This document shows, piece after piece, positions 48,616 through 58,052 of a stretch of DNA of 64,000 nt. The notes beneath the pieces are model-generated. The model was not told the DNA's origin and searched no databases. It worked only from the letters and a program-made list of their open reading frames with translations. Each line of letters starts with the position of its first letter. Position 1 is the first letter of the stretch. The stretch comes from Dehalococcoidia bacterium (GTDB lineage: Bacteria > Chloroflexota > Dehalococcoidia > Lucifugimonadales > UBA2962): positions 10,915 through 74,914 of the forward strand of contig DAOUKM010000003.1 in the NCBI GenBank assembly GCA_034421295.1, written 5' to 3'. The position numbers and the translations under genes are program-made.

Positions 48616-49443
48616 ATGCATGCAAGCGCAAAAGTCGCCCTGATTGTGGGAGCATCCGTCCTGCTTGCTGCTGCGGCAGCCTGCGGCGGCGGGACACAGG
48701 CGAGCGAGGTCAAGGGGGACGACGCTGCCCGCAAGGCGGAACTGGACCTTTGGGCCGCCTCCGCTGCGCTCAAGGCGAGCGGACCCGGTTCGGGCATATG
48801 GGTCACCGGCCAGGCCAGCGTTACCGTTGAGCCCGACCTGGTCCTACTCACCGTGGGGGTGGAGACGACCGGCGAGACGGTCGCACAGGCCCGGGCCGAG
48901 GCCGCAGGCGCGATGGACGCGATCACTGAGGCCGTCAGGGCCCACGGCCTGAGCGAGCAGGACGTACAGACCCAGTCGTTTAGCATCTGGCCTCAGTACG
49001 AGTATCCGGAGGTAACCAGCGGCGAGCTGACGACGAGGAAACAGGTGCTCGTCGGCTACACGGTAAACAACGCGGCCAGGATAAAGATCCGCGACGTCGA
49101 TGCGGTCGGCGAGATAATCGACGATGTAGCCGCCGCCGGCGGCGACTCGACTCGGATCAGCGGTATCGACTTCAGCATCGAGGACCCTACGCCGTTCATG
49201 TCACAGCTTCGCGAAGATGCCGTAAAGGACGCGCAGGCCAAGGCCGAGCACCTTGCCGGGCTGACGGGCGTTGCCGTCGGCGACCTGGTCTTCATCGGTG
49301 AGGTAGGGGCGGGGGCGCCGCTGGCCAGAGGCTTTGAGACTGAATCGCTCATGGCGAGGGCCTCCTTCGACCAGGCTACCTCCATCAGCGCCGGAGAGCT
49401 GCGGCTCAGCCTCAGCGTCCAGGCGGCCTTCTCGATCAGGTAG
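48616..49443 (+). CDS. SIMPL domain (DUF541) lipoprotein
   Basis: Lipobox AAAC; VTGQASVTVEPD, QTQSFSIWPQY, LREDAVKDAQAKAEHLA. Confidence 0.9.
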   Translation: MHASAKVALIVGASVLLAAAAACGGGTQASEVKGDDAARKAELDLWAASAALKASGPGSGIWVTGQASVTVEPDLVLLTVGVETTGETVAQARAEAAGAMDAITEAVRAHGLSEQDVQTQSFSIWPQYEYPEVTSGELTTRKQVLVGYTVNNAARIKIRDVDAVGEIIDDVAAAGGDSTRISGIDFSIEDPTPFMSQLREDAVKDAQAKAEHLAGLTGVAVGDLVFIGEVGAGAPLARGFETESLMARASFDQATSISAGELRLSLSVQAAFSIR

Positions 49444-49455
49444 CGCTCCGTGGTC

Positions 49456-50634
49456 ATGTCCGCAGACGTAGTCGTCATAGGGGGCGGCGTAAACGGGACC
49501 AGCATCGCCATGCACCTGGCGCTGATGGGAGCCGGAAAGGTCCTTGTGGTCGAGAGGGGGCACCTTGCCGGGGGCGCGAGCGGGCGGTCGGGCGCGATGG
49601 TCCGCGAGCACTACATGCACCCGGTGCTGGTAAGGATGGCGATGGAGGCCAGCGAGGTGTTCCACAATTTCGGCGACGCCGTGGGTGGCGATGCGCGCTT
49701 CGTTCAGACCGGGCGGCTCCTGCTGTTCGCTGAGCGCGACGCCGAGACGGTGCGGGCGAATGTCGCGATGAACCGTGCGCTCGGCGTCGAGATCAGCACG
49801 CTTACGCCTCCCGAGATCTCCGAGATCATCCCGCAGGCATCCACCGACGGCGTAGCCCTCGCGGTGTATGAGCCTAACTCCGGTCACGCAGACCCGGTGG
49901 CAACGACCTACGCGTACGCAGAGCGCGCGCGGGCCCACGGGGCAAGGGTGCTGACCGGGTGTGATGTCACGGGCATAAGGATCTCCGGCGGGCGCGTGGC
50001 CGGGGTGGAGACGCGGGACGGGCTGATAGAGACCGACGCCGTCGTGGCAGCGACCGGGCCCTGGGTCAACGCGCTGGCCGAACCCATTGGAGAGCCGCTC
50101 CCTGTTACGCCCCTGAGGGTGCAGATGCTGCACATGAGGCGCCCGCCGGCTCTCCAGTCGCTTACGACCGCCGTGGCCGACGGCCTCACCGGCGGATATA
50201 TCCGGGCCGGTGAGGGGTTTAACACCCTGGTCGGCGGGGAGGCGCCCGGAGACTTCAGCGAGGTCTCGGACCCGGATGACTTCGACATGACGGCCGACCA
50301 TGAGACCGCCTCGCGGTTCTGGGGCAGGGCGAAGCTGAGATTCCCGGACTTTGCGGCGGCAACCCCCCTGGGGGGATACGCCGCGCTCTACGACATGACC
50401 CCGGACGGCAATCCGGTGCTGGACGCGTCGGCGGTGGTCCGGGGCCTGTACTGGGCGGTCGGGTTCAGCGGGCACGGCTTTAAGCTCTCGCCCGTGGTCG
50501 GGCGCATGGTGGCAGAGCTCGTGCTTTACGGAGAGAGCAGGGGACACCCGATCAGCCCCTTCCGCTTGGGCCGTTTCGCCGAAGGCGATCCCCTTGAGGC
50601 AGAACACCCCTACGAGGGATGGATGCATCCCTGA
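49456..50634 (+). CDS. FAD-dependent oxidoreductase (DAO/sarcosine oxidase beta family)
   Basis: VVVIGGGVNG, GASGRSGA, YDMTPDGNPV, GFSGHGFKLSP.VG. Confidence 0.92.
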   Translation: MSADVVVIGGGVNGTSIAMHLALMGAGKVLVVERGHLAGGASGRSGAMVREHYMHPVLVRMAMEASEVFHNFGDAVGGDARFVQTGRLLLFAERDAETVRANVAMNRALGVEISTLTPPEISEIIPQASTDGVALAVYEPNSGHADPVATTYAYAERARAHGARVLTGCDVTGIRISGGRVAGVETRDGLIETDAVVAATGPWVNALAEPIGEPLPVTPLRVQMLHMRRPPALQSLTTAVADGLTGGYIRAGEGFNTLVGGEAPGDFSEVSDPDDFDMTADHETASRFWGRAKLRFPDFAAATPLGGYAALYDMTPDGNPVLDASAVVRGLYWAVGFSGHGFKLSPVVGRMVAELVLYGESRGHPISPFRLGRFAEGDPLEAEHPYEGWMHP

Positions 50635-50654
50635 CGGTGCGTCCCGACCGCGGT

Positions 50655-51563
50655 CTACCTGTCCGTTGGGTCGAGGCGGAGCCTGACGCCGGCGCGCTCT
50701 TCCTGGAGCACCGAGGCGATGGTGCGGTCCCTCTCCCCCCAGCCCCTGTCCATCGCCTCGGAAAGCTCAGCCGCGCACAGCTCGACGATCCTGGTTGGCA
50801 CCCCGTGCTCTGAGGCCAGGGCTGCGGCCAGCCCGTAATCCTTTAGCGCGAGGCTGAGCGCGAACCTGGGGGAAAAGTCGCCCCGAAACAGGGTGGCCGG
50901 CATCCGCTCGTTGAACATGGCGTTTGCTCCCACGACGCATCCGCTTCGGAAGGCCTCGATCAGCCGGGGAAGCTCGACCCCGGCCTTGGCCCCGAGGGTC
51001 AGGCACTCGGTCACCAGCAGGTCGATGCTCATGGCAAGGGCATTGTGGGCTATCTTCGTCGCGGCCCCGGTGCCCGGCCCGCCGGTCCACACGATGCTCG
51101 CCGAGTAGGCCTCTAGGACGGGACGGGCACGATCTAGGACCTGCTCGTTTCCCCCTGCGAACAGCGTTAGGCTGCCGGCCAGCGCCCCCTCCCTGCCTCC
51201 GTCCATCGGTGCGTCGAGCATCTGTATTTTCCGCTCGCCGAGGGCGGCCCCGACCAGGCGCACTACGTGCGGGGAGTTGGTCGTGTGGTCGATGTAGATC
51301 GCTCCGGGCCGCGCACCCTCGACGATCCCGCCCGGCCCGAGCGCCGCCTCCTCCATCTCCGCCGGACCCGGAACGCACGTGGCCACCACGTCGCACTGCT
51401 CTGCCACGCGCGCCGGCGACTCCGCCCACACCGCGCCCCTGTCCAACAGAGCGGCGGCGGCCTGCCTGCGAAGGTCGAATACCACCAGCCGGTACCCGGC
51501 CTCGAGCAGCCAGCCGCACATTGGGGCGCCCATGTTCCCGAGGCCGATGAACCCTACTCTCAA
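50655..51563 (-). CDS. 3-hydroxyisobutyrate dehydrogenase-family NAD(P) oxidoreductase
   Basis: VGFIGLGNMG, LDAPMDGG, ATKIAHN, FSPRFALSLALKD. Confidence 0.92.
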   Translation of the reverse strand: MRVGFIGLGNMGAPMCGWLLEAGYRLVVFDLRRQAAAALLDRGAVWAESPARVAEQCDVVATCVPGPAEMEEAALGPGGIVEGARPGAIYIDHTTNSPHVVRLVGAALGERKIQMLDAPMDGGREGALAGSLTLFAGGNEQVLDRARPVLEAYSASIVWTGGPGTGAATKIAHNALAMSIDLLVTECLTLGAKAGVELPRLIEAFRSGCVVGANAMFNERMPATLFRGDFSPRFALSLALKDYGLAAALASEHGVPTRIVELCAAELSEAMDRGWGERDRTIASVLQEERAGVRLRLDPTDR

Positions 51564-51644
51564 CAGGCGCCTCGCCAGTTCATCTGCAGGCCCGGCGGGA
51601 GCCGGACCGCGGCGGCGGAGTTGGCCCGGGGCCTCAGGCCGCCG

Positions 51645-52670
51645 CTAGCTCCACCGGTAGACCTGGACCCTGTGGCGGTTGCTCTCGGTGACGTACAGCC
51701 TCCCGTCCTGGTCTACCCTGACCGAGACGGGCGCCCAGAAGAGCTTTTCTATGTGGGAAGACTCCTCGTGCGGATCGCCACCGAACTGCGCGGCGTCGGG
51801 TTCCAGGTCGGCCGAGGCCCGCGCCTCTGCCTCCTCGACGTTGGCGCCCAGGAACTCGTTTGCCCACGGGGACAGGGTTGCACTGCCCCTCAGCTTGGCC
51901 ACGAATCCGCCCCCGGGATCGAACACCTGGACCCGCTCGTTGCCCCAGTCGGCCACGTGTACGTAGCCTTCGCCGTCGACCGCAACGTCGGCCGGCCTGC
52001 GCAGCTCGCCGTCGCCGCTGCCGGGACGACCGTAGGTGGCCACGTGATCCCCATCGGCCGTAAATCGCTGGACCCGGTCGTTGCCCCAGTCCGCCACGTA
52101 GACCTCGCCCCGTTCATCAACGGTCAGTCCCCACGGAAGGTTGAGCTGCCCGTCTTCCGACCCCGCAGAGCCGAAGCCGGACAGATACTGTCCGTCGCGG
52201 GTGAACTTCTGAATCCGCTGGTTGCGGTGGTCCGCGACGTACAGGATGTCGTCGCTGTCAAAGGCGAGGCCCGACGGGCTGTCGAGCTGTCCCGGGCCGG
52301 TCCCGTGGACTCCCCAGTCGGCCACGAAGTCGCCGTCGGGCTCGAAGACCACGATCCGGTGGGTGTACTCGTCCGCGACGTAGACCCTGCCGGTGCTGTC
52401 TATGGCAAGGGAGGTGGGCGAGGTGAACTGGCCGTCGCCGTCCCCTATGCCGCCAAAGGTGCCGAAGAACTCGCTCTCAAGGTCGTAGACGGTGATCCTG
52501 ACGGTCCTTCCGTCTATGTCGATGCCCCGGCTGACGGTAAAGATGCGCCCGTCCCTTCCCAGGGCCGTGTCGGACGGGAAGAAGAACCCGCGGCCCTCCA
52601 TGGTGGCAAGGCCGATCGTGCGGTCGTAGTCCAGAGACCGGGGTCGGGAGGTTGCGTCCGCCTGATCCAT
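51645..52670 (-). CDS. NHL-repeat beta-propeller protein
   Basis: ATG 52670; repeated GxGxGQ(F/L)xxPxxxAxDxxGxVYVADxxNxR(I/V)QxF units. Confidence 0.93.
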   Translation of the reverse strand: MDQADATSRPRSLDYDRTIGLATMEGRGFFFPSDTALGRDGRIFTVSRGIDIDGRTVRITVYDLESEFFGTFGGIGDGDGQFTSPTSLAIDSTGRVYVADEYTHRIVVFEPDGDFVADWGVHGTGPGQLDSPSGLAFDSDDILYVADHRNQRIQKFTRDGQYLSGFGSAGSEDGQLNLPWGLTVDERGEVYVADWGNDRVQRFTADGDHVATYGRPGSGDGELRRPADVAVDGEGYVHVADWGNERVQVFDPGGGFVAKLRGSATLSPWANEFLGANVEEAEARASADLEPDAAQFGGDPHEESSHIEKLFWAPVSVRVDQDGRLYVTESNRHRVQVYRWS

Positions 52671-52692
52671 CGCCGTTCGTTTTCGGTCTGGC

Positions 52693-54120
52693 CTACGCCC
52701 GCTGGAACTCCGGCGAGGTCGCCACGACCTTGAAGACATCGGCAACCCGCTGGCGAATCTCGTCTCCAGGGGCGGCGAGCCCGCCCTTCTTTTCTACGAA
52801 GGCAACCAGCGCAGAGCGCGTCGGCTCCGACAGCGAGATGGCCCCGAGCTGATCGAGGCACGCGTCGACAAGATCGCCTGCGGACTCGACCTCGTAGCCG
52901 TTGTCGGTGATCCTCTCGACCATGCCCGCAACGCCCGGGTTGTCCCGGTTTCCGAGCTGCTCTGCGGCGAAGTTGAGGCGTTCTACCAGCGTGCCGGTAT
53001 CGATCCACTCGAGGCCCTGGTGCCAGCCCTCGACCGTCGGGGGGTTCAGGAGCTCCTGGCCCATGTAGCGCATCTGTGAATTGCGGTCCATGATCTCGCG
53101 TCCGGGATGGGAGAACTCCCCGCTCAGCCTGAGCACCCCGGCCACCAGGTCGGCCGGGCTCTTGATCTTGGCGTACCAGGAGCTCTCTGCGCGGAAGAAA
53201 TCGGAGTTGAACAGCACCCTGAGCATCTCGCGGATGTCGTAGCCGCTGTCGAAGTAGGCCTTAACCAGCACCTCGATCGCCTCCGGGTCACGCGGCGCCC
53301 TGTGCGGCCACTGGGGCACGGGCGGCTCGTCGGCGACGAAAAAGTTGTAAAGGTGCCTTGAGATGAATCGGGCGGTGGCGGGCTGGCGGCAGATGATCTC
53401 CACGATGTCCTCGCCGCCGAAGCGTCCCCTCTCCCCAAGGAACTCCTTCTCGCCGTCGTCGTGGTCGTCGGGCCTGTACTCAAAGCGCCAGGCTATCTTG
53501 CCGTAGGGCCAGATCGAGTTCCTGCGGGCCAGGACCTCCGTGTACCGGGCGTTGGCCAGCGTCCACCCGGTGAAGGCCCGGGCGCACTCCTTGATGTCCT
53601 GCTCGGAGTAGTTGCCCACGCCCATCGAGAACAGCTCCAGCAGCTCCCTCGCGTAGTTCTCGTTAATGGCCCCGCTGTGGTTGTCGTTGTTGTCGAGCCA
53701 CAGGATCATCGCCGGGTCCCGCGACAGCTCGACCAGCAGGTCGCGCAGGCTGCCCGCCCCGTGGCTTCGGAACATCCTGATCTGGTCCATCAGGACCTTG
53801 CCCTGGGGCACCTTGGAGTAGGCCGTGGCGAACACGCAGTGCCAGAACAGCGCAAGCTTTTCCTGGAGGGGAGCGCTGGTGGAGATCAGCCTGTAGAGCC
53901 AGCTCGACCCGGAGCCGGCGGGCTCGAACTGGGCGGAGTGGTCGTGGTGGTAGCGCCTGATCAGGTCCTGCGACATCGACCGGGCGCCTGAGAAGTCGAG
54001 CAGCTCGTCGACGGTGGCCTCGTATCCCTTGAGGGCGTAGCGCTCGAGCTCTTCCCTGGTCGCGCCGAATCCGGCCCGCCTCATGAGATGCGCTATGAGT
54101 GCGATGTCGCTGCTGCTCAT
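52693..54120 (-). CDS. DUF1800 family protein
   Basis: HLMRRAGFG, LQEKLALFWH, DPAMILWLDN, NENYARELLELFSMG, NPPTVEGW. Confidence 0.93.
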   Translation of the reverse strand: MSSSDIALIAHLMRRAGFGATREELERYALKGYEATVDELLDFSGARSMSQDLIRRYHHDHSAQFEPAGSGSSWLYRLISTSAPLQEKLALFWHCVFATAYSKVPQGKVLMDQIRMFRSHGAGSLRDLLVELSRDPAMILWLDNNDNHSGAINENYARELLELFSMGVGNYSEQDIKECARAFTGWTLANARYTEVLARRNSIWPYGKIAWRFEYRPDDHDDGEKEFLGERGRFGGEDIVEIICRQPATARFISRHLYNFFVADEPPVPQWPHRAPRDPEAIEVLVKAYFDSGYDIREMLRVLFNSDFFRAESSWYAKIKSPADLVAGVLRLSGEFSHPGREIMDRNSQMRYMGQELLNPPTVEGWHQGLEWIDTGTLVERLNFAAEQLGNRDNPGVAGMVERITDNGYEVESAGDLVDACLDQLGAISLSEPTRSALVAFVEKKGGLAAPGDEIRQRVADVFKVVATSPEFQRA

Positions 54121-54171
54121 CTGGCTGGTCTCCTTGGCCGATTGCTTGGGGGCGCCGGCCGCACCCTGCGG

Positions 54172-55305
54172 CTAGCTTGAGATGAACTCGAACTGCTCGA
54201 AGTGGCCGTTGACGATCGGTGCCGCATCCATGCCGAGCCAGCGCTCGAGTATCGTGCTGTAGGTGCTCCGAAAGTCGTTGTTGGCGCGCAGGTCGCCCTC
54301 GAGCTGGTCTCTCTCGGCAAGGGACGGGTACTCGCCGTACAGGCCGCCTTCCACCTGGCCGCCGATCACGAATGAGACCCCTCCGGAACCGTGGTCGGTG
54401 CCCGATCCGTTGTCCTGGATGCGGCGCCCGAACTCGGAGAACATCAGGATGACCACCTCGTCCTCGCGGCCGTGCTCGGCGAGGTCGTCGTAGAAGTCGG
54501 CGACCGCTTCGGAGACATCCTTCCACAGCTGGCCGTGGGCGGTGAGCTCCGCCGCGTGCGTATCGAAGCTCCCGTGCTGCGTGTAGTAGACGCGGGTGCC
54601 CAGGTCCGCGCACAGCACCTGGGCGGCGCTCTTTAGGCTCTGGGCGATGGGATTGGCGCCGTACTCGACGCTCGAGGTGTACTTTTCGGGGGCGGTCCTG
54701 AGTGTGTCGGCGCCCTTGAGGGCGTTCTTGCCGGTCCGGCCGAGGTGCTGCATCACGGATTCGCCGGTCTCGGCCCGCCCGTACATCCTGGAGAACGCCT
54801 CAAGCGCGTATACCCGGAGAGCCTCGTCCTCAACGTCTGGAAACAGGCCGTAGGAGGCCAGGTCGCCGACGGACGCCACCGGCACGCCCTCGCAGCCCAG
54901 GGACCTGGGCAGGCCGCGGCCGAAGTTGACGCCGGTGAGCACGTTCTCTCGCGCCGGATCCATCTCGCGGATCACCCGGCCCAGCCAGCCCTCGGAGCCG
55001 ATCTTGTCGGGCTCGGCGGTGTGCCAGATGTCCATGGAGCGAAAGTGGGAGCGGTTTGGGTTCTCGTAGCCGATGCCGTTGATGACGGCCACCTTGCCCC
55101 TGTCCCACAGGTCCTTTATGGGCTTCATGCTCGGGTGCAGCCCGAGCTGATCGTCCAGGTGCAGTACCTGCTCGGCCTCAACGTGCACCGACGGGCGCCA
55201 GTCGTAATAGAGCCCGTCGCTGTATGGAATGACCGTGTTTAGGGCGTCGTTGCCCCCGCTGAGCTGAACGACTACCACAGAGCGGTCTTTGCCGTTGGAT
55301 GCCAT
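54172..55305 (-). CDS. DUF1501 family protein (no Tat signal)
   Basis: VVVQLSGGNDALNT, NRSHFRSMDIW, FDTH, MFSEFGRR...GTDHG, DFRS.Y. Confidence 0.93.
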   Translation of the reverse strand: MASNGKDRSVVVVQLSGGNDALNTVIPYSDGLYYDWRPSVHVEAEQVLHLDDQLGLHPSMKPIKDLWDRGKVAVINGIGYENPNRSHFRSMDIWHTAEPDKIGSEGWLGRVIREMDPARENVLTGVNFGRGLPRSLGCEGVPVASVGDLASYGLFPDVEDEALRVYALEAFSRMYGRAETGESVMQHLGRTGKNALKGADTLRTAPEKYTSSVEYGANPIAQSLKSAAQVLCADLGTRVYYTQHGSFDTHAAELTAHGQLWKDVSEAVADFYDDLAEHGREDEVVILMFSEFGRRIQDNGSGTDHGSGGVSFVIGGQVEGGLYGEYPSLAERDQLEGDLRANNDFRSTYSTILERWLGMDAAPIVNGHFEQFEFISS

Positions 55306-55723
55306 CGTCTCCACCTCCGTCTGCAGGACTAAACGTAGCCGGCCGATACCTTCCTGCGCCTCGGTGCGAAGCGGCGCGTTCAGGATAAGTTCGGCACCGG
55401 TTTATTTCAATCCCCGCCGGTGCGCTGTCACCGGTGATCGGCGGGAGTTCGCCGTGCGGCAGCCAGGAGCGGTGCCGGGCAGCGCGGCGTAGTTGAGGGG
55501 ATGCCGGCTACCGTCGACTTGGCTCAGGGGCTCCACAGCCGCGTAAGCCCTGCCTCATGGATGGAAGGCAGAGGTGACCTTCCATGCTAGGGCGATGAGT
55601 TCTCGGTCGCTGGTTTCGTAGCGCCGGGGCTCGAGGCCGGAGTGAACCGCTGGTTAAGCCAGGCTACTCTGTCGACTCGATCCAACCGGCGGGCGCGACT
55701 TGACGAGGATCGTCCACGCTTCC

Positions 55724-56008
55724 TTACAAACGGGTTGTCCTCTGGACGTGCTTGCGGAGCGCTCCATTGATATCCGTTTGGTAGCCTCGACCGTCACGAG
55801 CGCGTGCCTTGAACCAAGCTATGATGTCAGCGTCCAGCCTCAGCGTAATCTGCTTCTTCACGGGTCTGTAGAAAACCCCGCGCCTGGCGTCAGACCAGTC
55901 GAGTATCTCAGGGGCATCGGTCGTGTCGATCCGGTCGTCGGGCAGAGCCTCCAGCGTCCTCATTTGCTCCTGCACCTCTGGCGACAGTTTAGTGATGTCC
56001 TTCTTCAT
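55724..56008 (-). CDS. BrnA family antitoxin
   Basis: IDTTDAPE, FYRPVKKQITLRLDADIIAWFK..GRGYQTDIN..LR. Confidence 0.93.
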   Translation of the reverse strand: MKKDITKLSPEVQEQMRTLEALPDDRIDTTDAPEILDWSDARRGVFYRPVKKQITLRLDADIIAWFKARARDGRGYQTDINGALRKHVQRTTRL

Positions 56009-56306
56009 AGGCCTTCCTCTCGCGTCTCGTCGCTTTACGTGCTGAGATAATGCGCCCGATCTCTTCGCCGGTCTCTGCGTCAACTTCGGGCCACGTATGG
56101 ACTACCATCACTGCTTGAGTACCCACTGCGCCGATGGTTCGCCTCCGCTGCTCATGTGGATATGGGTCCTCCAGAGTCGCAGACAAAGGGTCGTCAAACA
56201 CGAAGGCGTCGACCTCTAAGCTGAGACCGTGCGCCGAAAGGTTCGCCTCGTTCTTTGCCTTATCCCAGGTCCAATGCAGGCTTAGTGGTCGTGCATCGAA
56301 ATACAA
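55989..56306 (-). CDS. BrnT family toxin (start uncertain; possibly CTG 56279)
   Basis: WDKAKNEANLSAHG, FDDP, VVHT, GRIISARKATRRERKAYE; overlaps the brnA start. Confidence 0.9.
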   Translation of the reverse strand: MYFDARPLSLHWTWDKAKNEANLSAHGLSLEVDAFVFDDPLSATLEDPYPHEQRRRTIGAVGTQAVMVVHTWPEVDAETGEEIGRIISARKATRRERKAYEEGHH

Positions 56307-56441
56307 AATTGTAGTTACAAGATAAGACCGAATTCAATAAGTGCGTCTCACCTGTCGCGACAGGCAAATTCCTGTTGAGCGGAAGGAAGCAGGTGTTTTT
56401 CCACTCTGTCCGCATCGACTGACGCACCTAAATTCAACCGC

Positions 56442-56864
56442 TTAGCTACTCACCAACTCGATGCGGTCGCCATAGCGCTGAAAGTCTGCGGTGTTGAACG
56501 TGAGCAATCTGCGCTCACCACGCGCCAGCATGGTCGCCACGATGTTGGCGTCGTGAATCTGCCGGCCCCCTGCGGGAACGTCGCGGCACAGCGTCACCAG
56601 CAAGTCGGTCACCACGGGGCCGTCCTCGAGTACCTCGAAGCTGCCGGTCAACCTGCTCACGTCATCGAGCGCTTCCTCGCGGGAGATTGCTACCGGCCAG
56701 ATCTGTGGACGGGTGACGACCGACAGGTACTCGCGTATCACCTGACGGCTGATCCGCAGCGGTTCTGGGTCTCGAAACGCGCGTTCAAGGCTGGCCCTGG
56801 CCGCGTCGTGGTCTGGCGCGCCGGGGATGCGGGACTTCACCAGCACGTTGGTGTCTATGAACAT
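56442..56864 (-). CDS. PIN-domain (VapC) toxin
   Basis: MFIDTNVLV, QVIREY, IHDANIVATML, LLTFNTADF. Confidence 0.93.
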   Translation of the reverse strand: MFIDTNVLVKSRIPGAPDHDAARASLERAFRDPEPLRISRQVIREYLSVVTRPQIWPVAISREEALDDVSRLTGSFEVLEDGPVVTDLLVTLCRDVPAGGRQIHDANIVATMLARGERRLLTFNTADFQRYGDRIELVSS

Positions 56865-56871
56865 CGCGGGA

Positions 56872-57276
56872 TTAGACCCTCTCCTCGTAGAGGTCCTCTC
56901 GCCTGAGACTCAGGCCCTCCGGCCATACCGCGGTAGGGTGTGCGGGCCACGCCTCGTCGAGGGGAAGCCTGGGTACGTGCCTGGGGTGCGTTCGCCGGAA
57001 CACCAACGTCTCGGCGTCCATGTCCACGTTCGCCGCCTCCCATCCGGCGACACTCCAGGCGAGGGCGTGGCTGTGGCCGCTCGCGCCTCGCTGATTGCCC
57101 CACCAGGGCCGGTGCAGCCGCGCGGACGGCGGCAGATCGAATCCGATGACCGCCTCGACCTCGTCGAAGGAGGTCTTCCACTCCTGCACCTGCAGGCTGG
57201 TCAGGTACTTGTATAGCTCCTGGTATTTGCCCCGAATCACCATCGCTCGGTACTTGTCCTGTTGATCTACGGCCAT
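56872..57276 (-). CDS. Putative antitoxin: DUF7662-like N-domain plus VapB-like tail
   Basis: KYQELYKYL...SFDEVEAVIGFDLPPSA...WWGN...HSHALAW..AGW; C-terminal WPEGLSLRREDLYEER; 7 nt upstream of vapC. Confidence 0.7.
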   Translation of the reverse strand: MAVDQQDKYRAMVIRGKYQELYKYLTSLQVQEWKTSFDEVEAVIGFDLPPSARLHRPWWGNQRGASGHSHALAWSVAGWEAANVDMDAETLVFRRTHPRHVPRLPLDEAWPAHPTAVWPEGLSLRREDLYEERV

Positions 57277-57345
57277 GTGGCGTCTCCTTCATCCTGGCTC
57301 GCCACCGCAGAAGCGGGTGTCAGGGATGTTGTAGTGAGTTAGTGA

Positions 57346-57483
57346 CTATATCACAAGTTGTCGGCGAAGACGGCCATCCTGGTGGGCGTGTGCAGGCACC
57401 TGTTCGCCTCCACAGTTAGGGCAGGTGTGATCGAAGGCAACAGCGCAATCGGGACAGAAAGTGCATTCGCGGGAGCAAATGAA
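57346..57483 (-). pseudogene. 3' fragment of a DUF1272-like Cys-rich gene
   Basis: FICSRECTFCPDC...CPNCGGE; no start codon, 5' part replaced by the duplicated SIS-gene end. Confidence 0.75.
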
Positions 57484-57485
57484 CC

Positions 57486-57792
57486 GCTCCTACAACGAAT
57501 AGTGCTCCCTCGCTGCCAAATGAGAAGGATCGTTCAGGCGAAACGTATCCGGGTTGCGACCCCTGCGCAGTGCCAGTCAGTAAGTGAATAGCTGCAGCGG
57601 CACGACGTAGACTATCGGCGAAAGCGCTTCCGACATCCTCGGTAGAGCCACTGTGGCGTCCGCCACCGAAGTCATCTCCTCGTCACCCTCCGCCACCAAC
57701 GCCGCCAGTCCCGCTCCAGTGGCCTTCACTGCCTTCCCAATGTCCACGGCTCTGCTGTAACCGGGAGCGTCCGTGGCTACGAACGGGCCATG
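57486..57792 (-). repeat. Direct-repeat copy of the 3' end of the SIS gene (pseudogene fragment)
   Basis: Matches 59125-59464 with about 9 substitutions by eye, a net 33-bp deletion at 57766 and TGG>TGA at 57579-57577. Confidence 0.95.
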
Positions 57793-57834
57793 TTTGGAGT
57801 GAACCGCCGGTGCAGCCAGGCTGCTCTGTCGACC

Positions 57835-57993
57835 CTATCCAGTCGGCGAGCACAAATTCACGAGCACGTCCGCCGACCCGTCCGGCGCAACCGCCTCGAA
57901 CCAGTAGCGGTCGTAGAACCGGTGGTCGCTCGTGCCCACGAACGCGAACGGGAGCGGGACCTGGTGGAGGAGGGTGTCGTCGAGGTCGGTCAG
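57835..57993 (-). pseudogene. Truncated N-terminus of a conserved hypothetical protein
   Basis: AGGAG SD then CTG: TDLDDTLLHQVPLPFAFVGTSDHRFYDRYWFEAV.PDG; stops after 52 aa just before the duplicated segment. Confidence 0.6.
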
Positions 57994-58052
57994 CCCGGGA
58001 AGCTCCTGCGGGCGCCTTTCGTCCCGGGATCTTCCACCAGAACGGCGACGCT

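Noticed and set aside
57577-57579. Third in-frame TGA as selenocysteine
   Set aside because: The intact paralog has TGG (Trp) here, inside a start-less duplicated fragment; it is a nonsense mutation.
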